64,000 nucleotides of DNA from contig CAWCRS010000010.1 in assembly GCA_963798085.1 (NCBI GenBank), forward strand, positions 96,001 through 160,000, written 5' to 3'. Below the pieces are notes generated by a model. The model saw nothing but the letters and a program-made list of their open reading frames with translations. It ran no database searches and had not been told where the DNA came from. A program made the position numbers and the translations under genes. Of this stretch, positions 39,382 through 48,890 are shown piece after piece (within the stretch, counting starts at the first letter, position 1; every line of letters begins with the position of its first letter). The DNA is from an uncultured Gemmatimonadales bacterium (lineage in GTDB: Bacteria > Gemmatimonadota > Gemmatimonadetes > Longimicrobiales > RSA9).

Positions 39382-39981
39382 GTGAAGAACGTTCGGACTC
39401 TGGCGCTTGCGGTGGGCGGCATGGCGGCACTGGCGCTGCCGCTGCAGGCCCAGCAGACGGCCGAGGAAGTGAAGCCGCTCGAGGTGGGCGCGACTGCGCC
39501 CGACTTCGCGGTGCCCGGCGCCACACGCTACGGCGTGCTGAAGGACCAGATCCACCTCAGCGATTTCAAGGGCAAGACCGTCGTCCTCGCCTTCTTCTTC
39601 AAGGCAAGGACACGAGGCTGAACGATCCAAATGCACGCGTACCGTGATCAGTACGCGCAGATCTTCCACACCGGCCAGAACGTCGTGCTGCTCGCCCTCA
39701 GCGCCGATCCGGTCGACGAGCTGTACGCCTGGGCAAGGGACGACCAGTTCCAGTTCCTGTTCGGCAGCGACAAGGATTTGACGGTCGGCAAGCTGTACGG
39801 CGCGTACGATCCTCGCCGGCCGACCATGACGAACCGCAACCTGTTCGTGGTTGGACCCGACGGGAAGATCGCGTATCGCGCCGTCCCGTTCCACGAGGTG
39901 GATCCGCAGGCTTACACGGAGTTAGGAGATGCGGTCAGGAAACTGCTGCCGCCGGACACCACGGGAGGCGGCTTCCACTGA
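39382..39981 (+). CDS. exported peroxiredoxin-like (AhpC/TSA/redoxin) selenoprotein; TGA 39619-39621 predicted Sec
   Basis: ORFs 39382-39621 and 39631-39981 are in frame; LEVGATAPDF...LSDFKGKTVVLAFFFKARTRG-TGA-TIQM...RNLFVVGPDGKI; signal peptide; GGAGG RBS. Confidence 0.85.
39622..39663 (+). promoter_or_regulatory. bacterial SECIS-like stem-loop
   Basis: CGCGTAC (39636-42) pairs with GTACGCG (39651-57); loop CGTGATCA; possible lower pairing GATC/GATC; immediately 3' of the in-frame TGA. Confidence 0.7.
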
Positions 39982-40038
39982 TATATCCGGACCCCACCCG
40001 GCGCCGCGCTGCACGAAAAACAGGCACGCGGCGCCACG

Positions 40039-40081
40039 AAGAGGGCCACGCCGTCCCACGGACCGCGTGGCCTTCTCTTTT
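40039..40081 (+). terminator. rho-independent terminator
   Basis: GGCCACGC...GCGTGGCC stem followed by TTCTCTTTT, downstream of the redoxin gene. Confidence 0.6.
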
Positions 40082-40244
40082 GGCGGCTCGCCAGCACTTC
40101 GCTCACTCCCCCTGCAAACCCCTGGAGCTGCCGGCCATGCGCGCGCATCCACTCGTATGTCAGGCGACGATTCTCTTCCCGTTCCAGCGCATCGCATGCG
40201 CCGGTGTCTTGCCACCGCCGGAGTCCAATGGCGAGGCCGCCGTG

Positions 40245-40733
40245 TCACATGCCCGGGCTGGGCGTGGGCTCGGCGCGCGTGGCAAGGATGCTCAGCGCCA
40301 GGATGATGCCGCCGATGGTGATCGCGGCATCGGCCACGTTGAACACGAGAGGAAAGAAGGGGAAGAGCAGAAAGTCGGTGACGCCGCCGTGGGCAATGCG
40401 GTCGCCCAGATTGCCCAGCGCGCCGCCCACCACGAGCGCGATGCCGAGTTGCACGCGTGCGTCGGAGCTGGCTCGCGCCAGCCGCACCAGCAGGAAGACA
40501 GCCGCGCAGGCCGCCGCGATGAGCAGCGGCGTACGCCAGATGGCGCCGCTCCCGTTGAGAATGCTGAAGGCGACACCGCGGTTCTGCAGGTGCACGAGGT
40601 ACAGCCAGCCGTTCACCACGGCCACCTGCTGGTGCATTGCGATGCGGTTCAGGATCAGGAACTTCGACCACCAGTCCGCCGCCACCACCGCCACGGTCAG
40701 CCAGCCTATCCAGCGGCTCCAGCGTGGAATCAT
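40245..40733 (-). CDS. lspA: lipoprotein signal peptidase II
   Basis: ADWWSK, NRGVAFS, GGALGNLGDR, VTDF, VFNVADAAITIG. Confidence 0.95.
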   Translation of the reverse strand: MIPRWSRWIGWLTVAVVAADWWSKFLILNRIAMHQQVAVVNGWLYLVHLQNRGVAFSILNGSGAIWRTPLLIAAACAAVFLLVRLARASSDARVQLGIALVVGGALGNLGDRIAHGGVTDFLLFPFFPLVFNVADAAITIGGIILALSILATRAEPTPSPGM

Positions 40734-40748
40734 GCGCTTGTGCTCCTG

Positions 40749-42962
40749 TCAGTGTCCCTGGTGGTTCGTTCTGACACGCTGTTCGCGTTCTTCGCGTCCG
40801 CCGTTGCGCGCCATCGTCGCCTGCAGCAGTCCCGCATACCGACGTGATGGAACCGCGCTTTCGATCTGCACGCGAATGGAATCCCGCTTCACGGGCAAGG
40901 CTTGCAGCGTGATGGGCTGCAGCTCGGTCGAGGCAGTCACCGTAATGCTCGCGAGCGTGCGCTGGTAACCGGGCGCCGAAGCCGTCAGTCGGTATACGCC
41001 GCTGACGGGAACCGTGAAGCGGAAGCGGCCCGCGCTGTCCGTCTGCACGCGGTCGCCGCTGCTGCTGTCGGCGGCGATCAGGTCGACCTGCGCGGACGCG
41101 AGCGGTGCGGACCGCGCGTCCACCACACGGCCCGAGATCACGATCGCGCGCTCCGCCGGGCCGTGTGCGAAACGCAGGTCCAGCTGCATGATGCTGTCTG
41201 CGGTGAGGAAACGCTGCGGCGGCGAGGTCACACTGTCCACTGTGATGCGCACCAGGATGTTGCGGTCCGTGGGCAGCGAGCAGACGTGGTAGCGTCCCTG
41301 CTCGTCGGTTAGCGCGGCGGTATCGCGATGCCTGACGGCAAGGCTGGACGGGATGCCGGCGAAGCTGTCCCAGAGAAAATGCAGCTCGGCGCCGCCCAGG
41401 CGCTGGCCGGACGCGGAATCGCGCACCACGCCGTAGACGCGGCTCTCGCGTTGCGCGCGGTCCGCGGGCGGCGGGCAGTCGGCCAGCACACTGCGTCGGA
41501 TCGGCGGCAGCGCCACGCGGGTCGCGGTCGTCGAATCCGCTGCCACACGCACCGGCACGCCCGCTGCGGGATACGCGGGCAGCGAATCCAGTCGCGGATG
41601 ACCCAGCGTGAGGGTGTAGAGACCGGCCGGCACGTCATTGATGCGGAAGCGGCCCTGGCCATCGGTGGTGGCGCGCATGGCCGTCCCCTCCAGGCTGACC
41701 GTCGCTCCCGCTAACGCAACATTACGGGTGCTGTCGAACGCCTCACCCGCGATGCTGCCCGGACTGGCCAGCACCCAGCGCTGCCCGGCAGCGGCGGCGG
41801 CAACGACTTCCCCGCCCTGCTCCGCGAACTGCTTGATGTGCGGCGGCCCCACCAGTGACCCCATGCGCACGGAATTGATCGCGTAGGGCACGCGGATCAG
41901 CCAGCGGCTCACCAGCCAGGCGCCGTTGGGCAGCATGCGGAACTCGACGCGGCCCGATGCCTGGTCGGCGTAGGGCACATCGTCCGCATCCGTGTAGCGG
42001 ATCTCGATGAAGTCGAGGTGCTGCGTGTGCGCGTCCAGCCAGGCCACGCCGCTCACGCCCGCCTTCTGCCTGGATCCGCCGGCGGGCGTGAACTCCACGC
42101 CCAGCAGCTGGCCGTGGTCGGAGCGCGTCAGCGAGAAACAGTGCGAGGTCTCGAACTCGGAGGAGAGCAGCACCGCCGCGGAGGGCGCGTAGTAGCTGTA
42201 GTCGGAGCCGCTGCGGCGGATGTAGCCGTTCTGCAGGAGGTCGGCGGCGGGCAGGCTCACGAACGGCTCACCCAGCCGGGACGCGAAGCGCTGCAGCGAC
42301 TGGTGCAGCGTGACATCCTGGTCGCTCACCACACGGTCGAACGTGTAGCCATCGTACATCACGACGCGCTGCCGGCTCACGATCGCCGAGTTCGCCAGCG
42401 CGCTCCGGGCCGCGTTCCACACGCGCAGGATGTCCGATGCCGAGGAGCGGATGGCGCAGGTCCGCTGCTTCCTCACATCGATCACATCCAGCGTCAGCGG
42501 TTCCACATCCAGGGCAATGTCGAAATGCCGCGTGCCGCCCGGTTCCATGCGGAAGCGTTCGCCCAGCGCCGTCCGATAACCGAGTGTTTGCACGCGCAGC
42601 CGCACCCGGCCCGTGTCCGCCACGTTCAGCAGGAACTCGCCCTGCTCGTTGCTGAGCGTCTGCAGCAGCGACCTGTCGCTGGCACCCAGCAGCTCGACCA
42701 CCGCCGACGGCAGCGCCCGCCCCGACGCCCGATCCGTCACCCGCCCCGTAACCCGCTGCCCCGCCACCGGCCCGCCATGCAGGAGCGCGAGCAGCACGAT
42801 GCACGCAGCGCACAACCGGCCCCCGCCGCCAGGGCGAGAGGAGCGCCAGTCGCGTTTCAGGAGTCGAACCGGATCACCAGGCCGCAAGTGCACGAATCCG
42901 AAGGAAGGTAAACGAAGGCGCCAGAGCACCGCATGAATACGCCCACCCCGAAGGAGAATCAA
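40749..42962 (-). CDS. exported protein with multiple carboxypeptidase regulatory-like domains
   Basis: Repeated GRVTD/GVVRD/SGRVVD...TDxxGRF/Y beta-sandwich modules; start uncertain, probably downstream of 42962. Confidence 0.75.
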   Translation of the reverse strand: MILLRGGRIHAVLWRLRLPSFGFVHLRPGDPVRLLKRDWRSSRPGGGGRLCAACIVLLALLHGGPVAGQRVTGRVTDRASGRALPSAVVELLGASDRSLLQTLSNEQGEFLLNVADTGRVRLRVQTLGYRTALGERFRMEPGGTRHFDIALDVEPLTLDVIDVRKQRTCAIRSSASDILRVWNAARSALANSAIVSRQRVVMYDGYTFDRVVSDQDVTLHQSLQRFASRLGEPFVSLPAADLLQNGYIRRSGSDYSYYAPSAAVLLSSEFETSHCFSLTRSDHGQLLGVEFTPAGGSRQKAGVSGVAWLDAHTQHLDFIEIRYTDADDVPYADQASGRVEFRMLPNGAWLVSRWLIRVPYAINSVRMGSLVGPPHIKQFAEQGGEVVAAAAAGQRWVLASPGSIAGEAFDSTRNVALAGATVSLEGTAMRATTDGQGRFRINDVPAGLYTLTLGHPRLDSLPAYPAAGVPVRVAADSTTATRVALPPIRRSVLADCPPPADRAQRESRVYGVVRDSASGQRLGGAELHFLWDSFAGIPSSLAVRHRDTAALTDEQGRYHVCSLPTDRNILVRITVDSVTSPPQRFLTADSIMQLDLRFAHGPAERAIVISGRVVDARSAPLASAQVDLIAADSSSGDRVQTDSAGRFRFTVPVSGVYRLTASAPGYQRTLASITVTASTELQPITLQALPVKRDSIRVQIESAVPSRRYAGLLQATMARNGGREEREQRVRTNHQGH

Positions 42963-43050
42963 CCCGCCGCAGGAGGAACGTGGCCGCCCTAACAGTCTGC
43001 TAGAACGAAAATGCGGTCCGTTCTCCCAGCCAGCCGGAGAAAGTCAGCGC

Positions 43051-43210
43051 CAATCCGTTATCGCCGTTCCCCGGCAACCAGCCCAAGCCACCAGCCCGGC
43101 AACGCAGTCCAATCCGTAAGTCGCCGTTCCAGGCCCGAGCCCGAGCCCCAGCCCGAGCAACGCAGTTCAATCCGTAAATCGCCGTTCCCAGCCCGAGCCC
43201 CAGCCCGAGC
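43051..43210 (+). repeat. three tandem ~58-bp REP-like direct repeats
   Basis: Units start at 43051, 43110 and 43168 with CAATCCGT..TCGCCGTTCC followed by GCCC(C/G/A)A hexamer-like runs; the first two units end in AACGCAGT. Confidence 0.8.
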
Positions 43211-43226
43211 ACCGCGAAAGGGACGG

Positions 43227-43770
43227 TCAGTGCCCCAGCAGCTTCCCCACCGCTTCCACGAGCTTCTGCCGGTCGCCCGAACCCGTGTACGCCACCTTGC
43301 CGCTCGGCATCGAGGATCACGATGTACGAGGTGGCGGGCGCATCGTAGGCGCGCACGGCGGCGCCCTTCGCGTCGAAGAACACCTTGCCCGGCAGCGTGT
43401 GCGTCTCCAGATGGCGCTTGATCTGCCGCGGCGTCTGGTTCACGCCCACGCCGATGAACAGGATCTCGAGGTTGTCGCCGAACTGCTTCTTCGCGGCGCT
43501 CAGCTGCGGCTCGAGGGCCCGGCAGAGCGGACACCACGTCGCCCAGAACTCGAGCAGCACGGGTCGCTTGCCGAGGAACTGCTGCAGGTCCACCGCGTTG
43601 CCGTCCAGGTCCTCGACCTGCGCCGCGACGGGTGTCGTGCCGATGGGCAGACCCACGTCCTGCGCCCTGGCCGGTCCGGCCAGCGCCAGCGAGCCGGCCA
43701 GTGCGAGCGCGCCGATCCCCGCCGGCCAGCGGAACGGGAAGCGTCGCCTGACATCCGTTGCGGCTGACAT
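43227..43770 (-). CDS. TlpA family thiol-disulfide reductase; frameshift near 43300
   Basis: PVLLEFWATWCPLC motif; signal peptide; C-terminus GKVAYTGSG...KLLGH* lies in a shifted frame. Confidence 0.88.
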
Positions 43771-44498
43771 CACAGCACCATCCCCATCTGCACGAAGTAG
43801 TACTCGGCCATGGCGATCATCACGATCGCGGCGAGCCGCTTGATCCACAGCATCCAGGCGCCTGAGCGCGGCAACCTCGCCAGCAACCCGCTCGACAGTC
43901 CCACGCCCACGAGCAGCGCGGTCATGCCCAGCGAAAACACGAACAGGTAGACGAAGCCGAGCACTGCGCTCTGCGTGCCTGCCACCCAGGTGAGCACCGC
44001 GGCGAATGCAGGCGCGCCGCAGGGCGCCGCTACAATGCCCGAGGTGGCGCCCAGCAGGAATACGCCGGCCAGCGAACCGCCGCGCAGTGAGCCGGCCCAG
44101 CGCGCCAGCCTGCCGGGCACATTGACCGGGATGACGTCCAGCATAGCCAACCCGAAAATCAGCAGCAGGTTCCCCGTGATGAAGCGGGCCCACGGGCTGG
44201 CCGAGACGGTGCCGAAGAGGGAACCGGTGAGGCCGGCAGCGAGACCGAGGATGGCGTAGAACAGCGCGAGACCGAGGACGTAGGCCGCGGTGAGAGCCAC
44301 GGTTCGCCCGCGCGACGCGCCCGCCGTACTGCCGCCCATGATGCCGGCGGTGATGGGGATCATCGGGTAAATGCAGGGCGTCAGGCTGGTGAGCACGCCG
44401 GCGCCGAAGAGTGTGGCGAGTGCCAGCAGTGGCCGGTGCTGCAGCGACTCGGCCAGTGCGCCGGACTGGAGCAGAGCGCCCGGGCCCGTGACTAGCAC
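43770..44498 (-). CDS. ccdA: cytochrome c biogenesis CcdA / DsbD transmembrane domain protein
   Basis: GVLTSLTPCIYPMIP and VAAPCGAP redox Cys motifs; 6 TM helices. Confidence 0.92.
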   Translation of the reverse strand: MLVTGPGALLQSGALAESLQHRPLLALATLFGAGVLTSLTPCIYPMIPITAGIMGGSTAGASRGRTVALTAAYVLGLALFYAILGLAAGLTGSLFGTVSASPWARFITGNLLLIFGLAMLDVIPVNVPGRLARWAGSLRGGSLAGVFLLGATSGIVAAPCGAPAFAAVLTWVAGTQSAVLGFVYLFVFSLGMTALLVGVGLSSGLLARLPRSGAWMLWIKRLAAIVMIAMAEYYFVQMGMVL

Positions 44499-44550
44499 AA
44501 GGTTAGGCCGGCGCGCGGCAGCATGGGGGTCGCCGCAACGGCCCGGCGCA

Positions 44551-44802
44551 TCAGTGTCGCTTCAGCAGCCGGTAGACGAGGAGCAGCGCCAGCGCCCCCG
44601 CGGTGGCCACCAGGATGCTGCGGACGTCGAAACCGGTGACACTGCCGAAGCCCATGCGTGTGGCGACGGCGCCGCCCAGCAGTGCGCCGGCCACGCCGAT
44701 CAGGATCGTGACGATCAGACCGCCCGGGTCTTTCCCGGGCATCAGAAACTTGGCGAGCGCACCGACAATGAGGCCGAGCCCGATCCAGGCGAAGAAGCTC
44801 AT
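44551..44802 (-). CDS. GlsB/YeaQ/YmgE family membrane protein
   Basis: WIGLGLIVGALAKFLMPGKDPGGLIVTILIGVAGALLGG. Confidence 0.92.
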   Translation of the reverse strand: MSFFAWIGLGLIVGALAKFLMPGKDPGGLIVTILIGVAGALLGGAVATRMGFGSVTGFDVRSILVATAGALALLLVYRLLKRH

Positions 44803-44818
44803 GTGCGGAGACGGCCGC

Positions 44819-46108
44819 TCAATGGATGCGCACTTCTTCCCAGTGACGGTAGCGCCACAGGGTACCGCCCAGGAACGCGCCCAGGACCGTGCTGCCGCCG
44901 ATGACGCCCATGGCAAAGGCAGGCTTGCGTGGCGAGTGCGCGGAGATGGTGCCGGTGCGTCCATTGCCCAGATCCTTCGCTTCCTCGGCCATGGCCCCGA
45001 TGGCCATGGACCCGAGACCCAGAAAGAAACCCCACTTGGCGCCGCGGTACATGCGTTCCGGGGCGCCGGCAATGCCGCCATCGCGTTCCAGCCTGCGCAG
45101 TTCGGGAATGGCGAAGTTGTGCACGTCGGCGCCTGTCTGCAGCGCGATGCTGTCCGGGTTCACGGTCTGCACCACACCCTCCGTCGTGTGGCCGAAGCGC
45201 GTGGTGGCGCGTGCCAGTGTGCCCGGCGTGATGCTGACAGCCGGACGCGCTGCCGGCGGAGCCGCCTTGGGTGCGGTGTTGGCGTAGTTGCCGCGACGCG
45301 TCCACACGAGCACTACGCCGCAAGCGTTCTGGTACTGCAGCGGCGCGCGCGTTCCCGAGTACACTTCGATGCCCTCGATCTCGCTGACATTCACGATGTC
45401 CCACGCATCGACCTTGTGGTCACCGGGGCCCGGATTCTGTCCGACGTAGTTGTTCTCGCGGAACAACTGGCCGTCGAGATAGAGGTCGGGCTCGCAGCCG
45501 GGCAGGCCGCCAGGCGCCTGGCTGAACGCCTGCGTGTCGTTGGTGGGTCGATTCAGGCGAACGTGCCGCCGGCCGGGATCGAGCGTGTACACGCGCACCA
45601 TGGGTACGATCTGGAGAATGTCGGTCAGCGCGTTGGGCTGTTTCTTCTCGATGTCGTCGCGCGAGAAGAAGCTGCCGCCCGGCGAGCTTTCCTCGCGCTC
45701 GTAGAACCCGCTCGCCTGGAGCCAGCCGGAGCGCACCGACACCTCGATCGGTGTCAGGGGAACCGCTTTCTGCGTCAGCGTGATAACAATCTCGTTAGTC
45801 TGTCCCGCTCGCAGCATCATGGAATCGGACCGCGTGGCGTAACCGAGCATTTCGACGATCACGGTGTTGCGCCCTGCCGGTGCGCCGGAGATGGTGAAGC
45901 GCCCCAGGGCGTCCGTCACTGCGCTGGCGCCGCCTTCGCCGTCAATGCGCACCAGCGCGCCCGCGACGGGACGACGATTCTCCTGATCGAGGACGTGGCC
46001 GAGGAGGAGCACGGCCGGCGTCGGCGTTTGCTGCGCTGCAATGTGTCCCGCGAAGAGGAATCCCAGCAGTACTGTCACGAGCCTGCAGATGGCGCGGCGT
46101 TGCCTCAT
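44819..46108 (-). CDS. carboxypeptidase regulatory-like + TonB plug-like domain protein
   Basis: GHVLD...TDALGRF, GFYERE, CEPDLYLDG, EIEGIEVYSG, CGVVLVWTR; C-terminal hydrophobic segments. Confidence 0.8.
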   Translation of the reverse strand: MRQRRAICRLVTVLLGFLFAGHIAAQQTPTPAVLLLGHVLDQENRRPVAGALVRIDGEGGASAVTDALGRFTISGAPAGRNTVIVEMLGYATRSDSMMLRAGQTNEIVITLTQKAVPLTPIEVSVRSGWLQASGFYEREESSPGGSFFSRDDIEKKQPNALTDILQIVPMVRVYTLDPGRRHVRLNRPTNDTQAFSQAPGGLPGCEPDLYLDGQLFRENNYVGQNPGPGDHKVDAWDIVNVSEIEGIEVYSGTRAPLQYQNACGVVLVWTRRGNYANTAPKAAPPAARPAVSITPGTLARATTRFGHTTEGVVQTVNPDSIALQTGADVHNFAIPELRRLERDGGIAGAPERMYRGAKWGFFLGLGSMAIGAMAEEAKDLGNGRTGTISAHSPRKPAFAMGVIGGSTVLGAFLGGTLWRYRHWEEVRIH

Positions 46109-46284
46109 GCCGTCACGGTCTCCGAAGCGCCCGCACTGGCGGGAGCTGAACAGGAAGAGCGCCGGTCGCGCGCAGGAACCGGAAACGGTCCCCTGCGCTG
46201 GCCGGCGCATCGCTAATCCGGACTTGAATAGTTAACCCCGGCGCCATCCGCGGGGCAAGCTCGCCGGCCCCTTGCGGACTGTAA

Positions 46285-47727
46285 CTATGTCTCGACATCG
46301 ACCCAGCGGACGAGCTCGCGCAGCGGACCGGCGCCATCGTGGTGCCATGTGGGTGGCGGCCAGGGCATGCGCGCAAAATCGGTGATGCGGGTGGCGCCCG
46401 CGCGTGCCAGCGCGTCCGCCAGGGCTGGCCCGCGTGCGCCCACGCCTTCCATGGCAACGGTCTGCAGATATCCGCGCACGGGCTCGATCAGGGATGGCAC
46501 TTCAGCTACGCTCGACACCCGCTTGATGCGCACGGTGCGATTCAGGCAGGATGCCTCGAAGCGGGCATCGGCTTCGTAGATGACGGTCCAGCCGTTGCCC
46601 GTCAGCAGCTCGATCTCCTCGCCCGCAATGGCGCGGAACTCGGCGGCGCCGCGTGTTTCGTGGATGGCCGCGGCTTCGGCGGGCGAGAGCACACCGCGCG
46701 GCAGCTCGGCCGCGACTGCCTCCAGCGCGGCGGCCAGGCAGTGCGCGAAGCCGCGCGCGCCGATCCCCGCCTCCTCGACATACACGATGTGCGGTGAAAC
46801 GCACCCCTGCTGATCGAACAGCGATACCGCCCATGCAACGCGTGCCGCTGCCGTGTTAGCCAATTCCGGCGAGGCGAGTGCGTCGCCGCCCAGCAGACCG
46901 ATGGACACACGCGGACCGTGGTCGATCACGCGCGTCGTAGCCGGCGCGCGACTGCGCATGGCGCGCACCGCATCCCCACCGCCATAGACCACGATGGCAT
47001 CCGCCGCCGTCACCGCCTCATCCTCGACGAGCGACTGCCCTCCGGGCCAATAGGTCACAGCCAGACAGTCGGCCAGTCCGCTGTCCACCGAAGCCAGAGC
47101 GCGGGCAAACAGCACTGTCAGGAGCGGGTCGCCGGACGCGGTCTTGCCCAGCATCGCGCCCTTGACCAGCAGTGTGCGCACCAGCGCGGTCACGGCCACG
47201 CCCGGCACACTGCCGGAGAACACGTGGAAGGCCAGGCGAGGACCGAGAGCCCGTGTGTGTACGCCGTGCCGTCTCTGGTAGCCGTCCAGCACGTGACCCG
47301 GCAGCTCGCTGTCCAGCAGATGCAGCAGCGCCGCTTCGCTCCAGTCGTCGCTGAAGCGATCCAGCAGCAGGCGGATCATGGCCGGCGAATAGCCCGTGAT
47401 TTGCGGCAGCGCACGCTCTGCCAGCTGGCGCAACGCGTCATCGGGTTGCGCCAGACGGTGCGCCGCGCGACCCAGGCAATGCGCAATGGCGGCCGCCGGC
47501 AGCGGCTCGAGCGCAATGCGCCGCGACGCTTCCATCCTGGCCAGCAGTGCGGTCAGTGCGCCTTCGCGCAGAACGGGGAAACGCAGCGTCACACCCCGGC
47601 CGTACTCGCGCACCTCCCACGCTGTCACATCATCTGCTGTGAGACCCGGCAGATGGAACGCGTCGATCACCGTGCTGCCGGTGCCGACATCGCGGTGCGG
47701 TGCGGGCGAGGCGCTCACCGAGTTCAT
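46285..47727 (-). CDS. acyl-CoA reductase (LuxC family)
   Basis: FHVFSGSVPG, VVYGGGDAV, HGPRVS, catalytic FDQQGCVSP, C-terminal WHHDG...L. Confidence 0.9.
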   Translation of the reverse strand: MNSVSASPAPHRDVGTGSTVIDAFHLPGLTADDVTAWEVREYGRGVTLRFPVLREGALTALLARMEASRRIALEPLPAAAIAHCLGRAAHRLAQPDDALRQLAERALPQITGYSPAMIRLLLDRFSDDWSEAALLHLLDSELPGHVLDGYQRRHGVHTRALGPRLAFHVFSGSVPGVAVTALVRTLLVKGAMLGKTASGDPLLTVLFARALASVDSGLADCLAVTYWPGGQSLVEDEAVTAADAIVVYGGGDAVRAMRSRAPATTRVIDHGPRVSIGLLGGDALASPELANTAAARVAWAVSLFDQQGCVSPHIVYVEEAGIGARGFAHCLAAALEAVAAELPRGVLSPAEAAAIHETRGAAEFRAIAGEEIELLTGNGWTVIYEADARFEASCLNRTVRIKRVSSVAEVPSLIEPVRGYLQTVAMEGVGARGPALADALARAGATRITDFARMPWPPPTWHHDGAGPLRELVRWVDVET

Positions 47728-48890
47728 GCCCTTCCCTCGGCCTGCGCTGTGGTCTGCATGCCACGCTCCTGCAATGCGAGCAGCAGTTCATCCATCGCCA
47801 GCGAACAGCCGCGCGGCTCCGCACCAGCCGCGCGACCCAGCACGCGGAATCCGTCATCGACCAGAATGCCCATGTCCTCGGTCTGCACGGCAAGGACCGA
47901 GCCGAGGTTGGCCAGATCGACGTGGCGCAGCAGGCCAGTGGCGCCCGCCGGCAGCGGCTCCAGTGTTTCCGGGTCCACGACCAGCGTGCGCACCCACGGC
48001 GGCGCCAGCTTGCGGCGGTTCCCCGCGGCACCCGACCGGACGCGCTCGAACAGCGTGCTGTCGTAGAACTGCGAGCACAGCTCGGTCATGCCGTACTCGT
48101 TGACGCAGTGCGTGGGCGGGATGGCGCAGCGCTCGAGGTAGAGCGCGCGCAGCGCGTCCTCGCCGACGTCGCGACCGCGACCCTTGAAGCCGCCCGTGTC
48201 CATGAGACGCGAGCCCGCGGGCAGCCGATAGCGACGCTGCTTCGCCAGCAGCTCGTCCGTCCAGTGCACGAACGCGGAGGCGGTGCCCAGCAGACACACC
48301 GGCTCGCCCGCGCGCTGCGCCTCGTGCAGCGCTTCGTCCAGCGTGTCGCCGGCAATGCCGTGCGCCGTGGATGCGAACCAGCCGCTGCGCCGCGACCCCA
48401 GCTGTTCCATCACCGTGGCGATCATGTGCGCGAGTGACGAGTCCGGCAGATCGCGGGGGGGCGGCACCAGTGAGAACATGGCAAGGCGAGCGCCGTCGGG
48501 CAGCACCATGGCCGCAAAGGCGGGCAGCAGCGAACAATGGTAGAGCGACAGATCCAGCACGTAATGCGAGCCGCGGCGCTGCTCACCGCGCGTCGTGCCG
48601 CTGGTACGGAACACGGCCTCGGCATCCGCTGCCCGGCCCGCCACTAACACCGCATGCTTGAAGGCGGCCGTGGGCACGGCCGGAATATCCAGCCAGCTGG
48701 TGACGCGGTCGGGTGTGCGGCCGCGGCGCTCGCAGTACGCGGCATAGGGCCGGTTGCGCTCGAACTGCCACGCGAATGCGGCCGTCGCCAGCGCATTGAA
48801 CTGCGCGTCCTCCAGGCGGGTGCCGGGTGGCCTGGCCAGCGCCGCATCCAGAGCCGCGAGCAGCGCACGCGGTGGTGTGACCGGGCTCAT
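47724..48890 (-). CDS. acyl-protein synthetase (LuxE family)
   Basis: IPAVPTAAFK, FRTSGTT, MDTGGFKGR, EYGMTELCSQFY, DLANLGSVLAVQTEDMG, VLGR...EPRGCSL. Confidence 0.92.
   Translation of the reverse strand: MSPVTPPRALLAALDAALARPPGTRLEDAQFNALATAAFAWQFERNRPYAAYCERRGRTPDRVTSWLDIPAVPTAAFKHAVLVAGRAADAEAVFRTSGTTRGEQRRGSHYVLDLSLYHCSLLPAFAAMVLPDGARLAMFSLVPPPRDLPDSSLAHMIATVMEQLGSRRSGWFASTAHGIAGDTLDEALHEAQRAGEPVCLLGTASAFVHWTDELLAKQRRYRLPAGSRLMDTGGFKGRGRDVGEDALRALYLERCAIPPTHCVNEYGMTELCSQFYDSTLFERVRSGAAGNRRKLAPPWVRTLVVDPETLEPLPAGATGLLRHVDLANLGSVLAVQTEDMGILVDDGFRVLGRAAGAEPRGCSLAMDELLLALQERGMQTTAQAEGRA

Noticed and set aside
39382..39621. Truncated redoxin pseudogene plus a separate 116-aa gene
   Set aside because: The stop is TGA at the catalytic position, the frame continues, and a SECIS-like hairpin follows, so read-through is more parsimonious.
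43051..43210. CRISPR array
   Set aside because: The would-be spacers are similar to each other and low-complexity, there are only three units, and no cas genes are in the window.
46285..48890. Bioluminescence (lux) operon
   Set aside because: No luxA/luxB luciferase or luxD in the window; luxCE homologs also occur in non-luminous bacteria.
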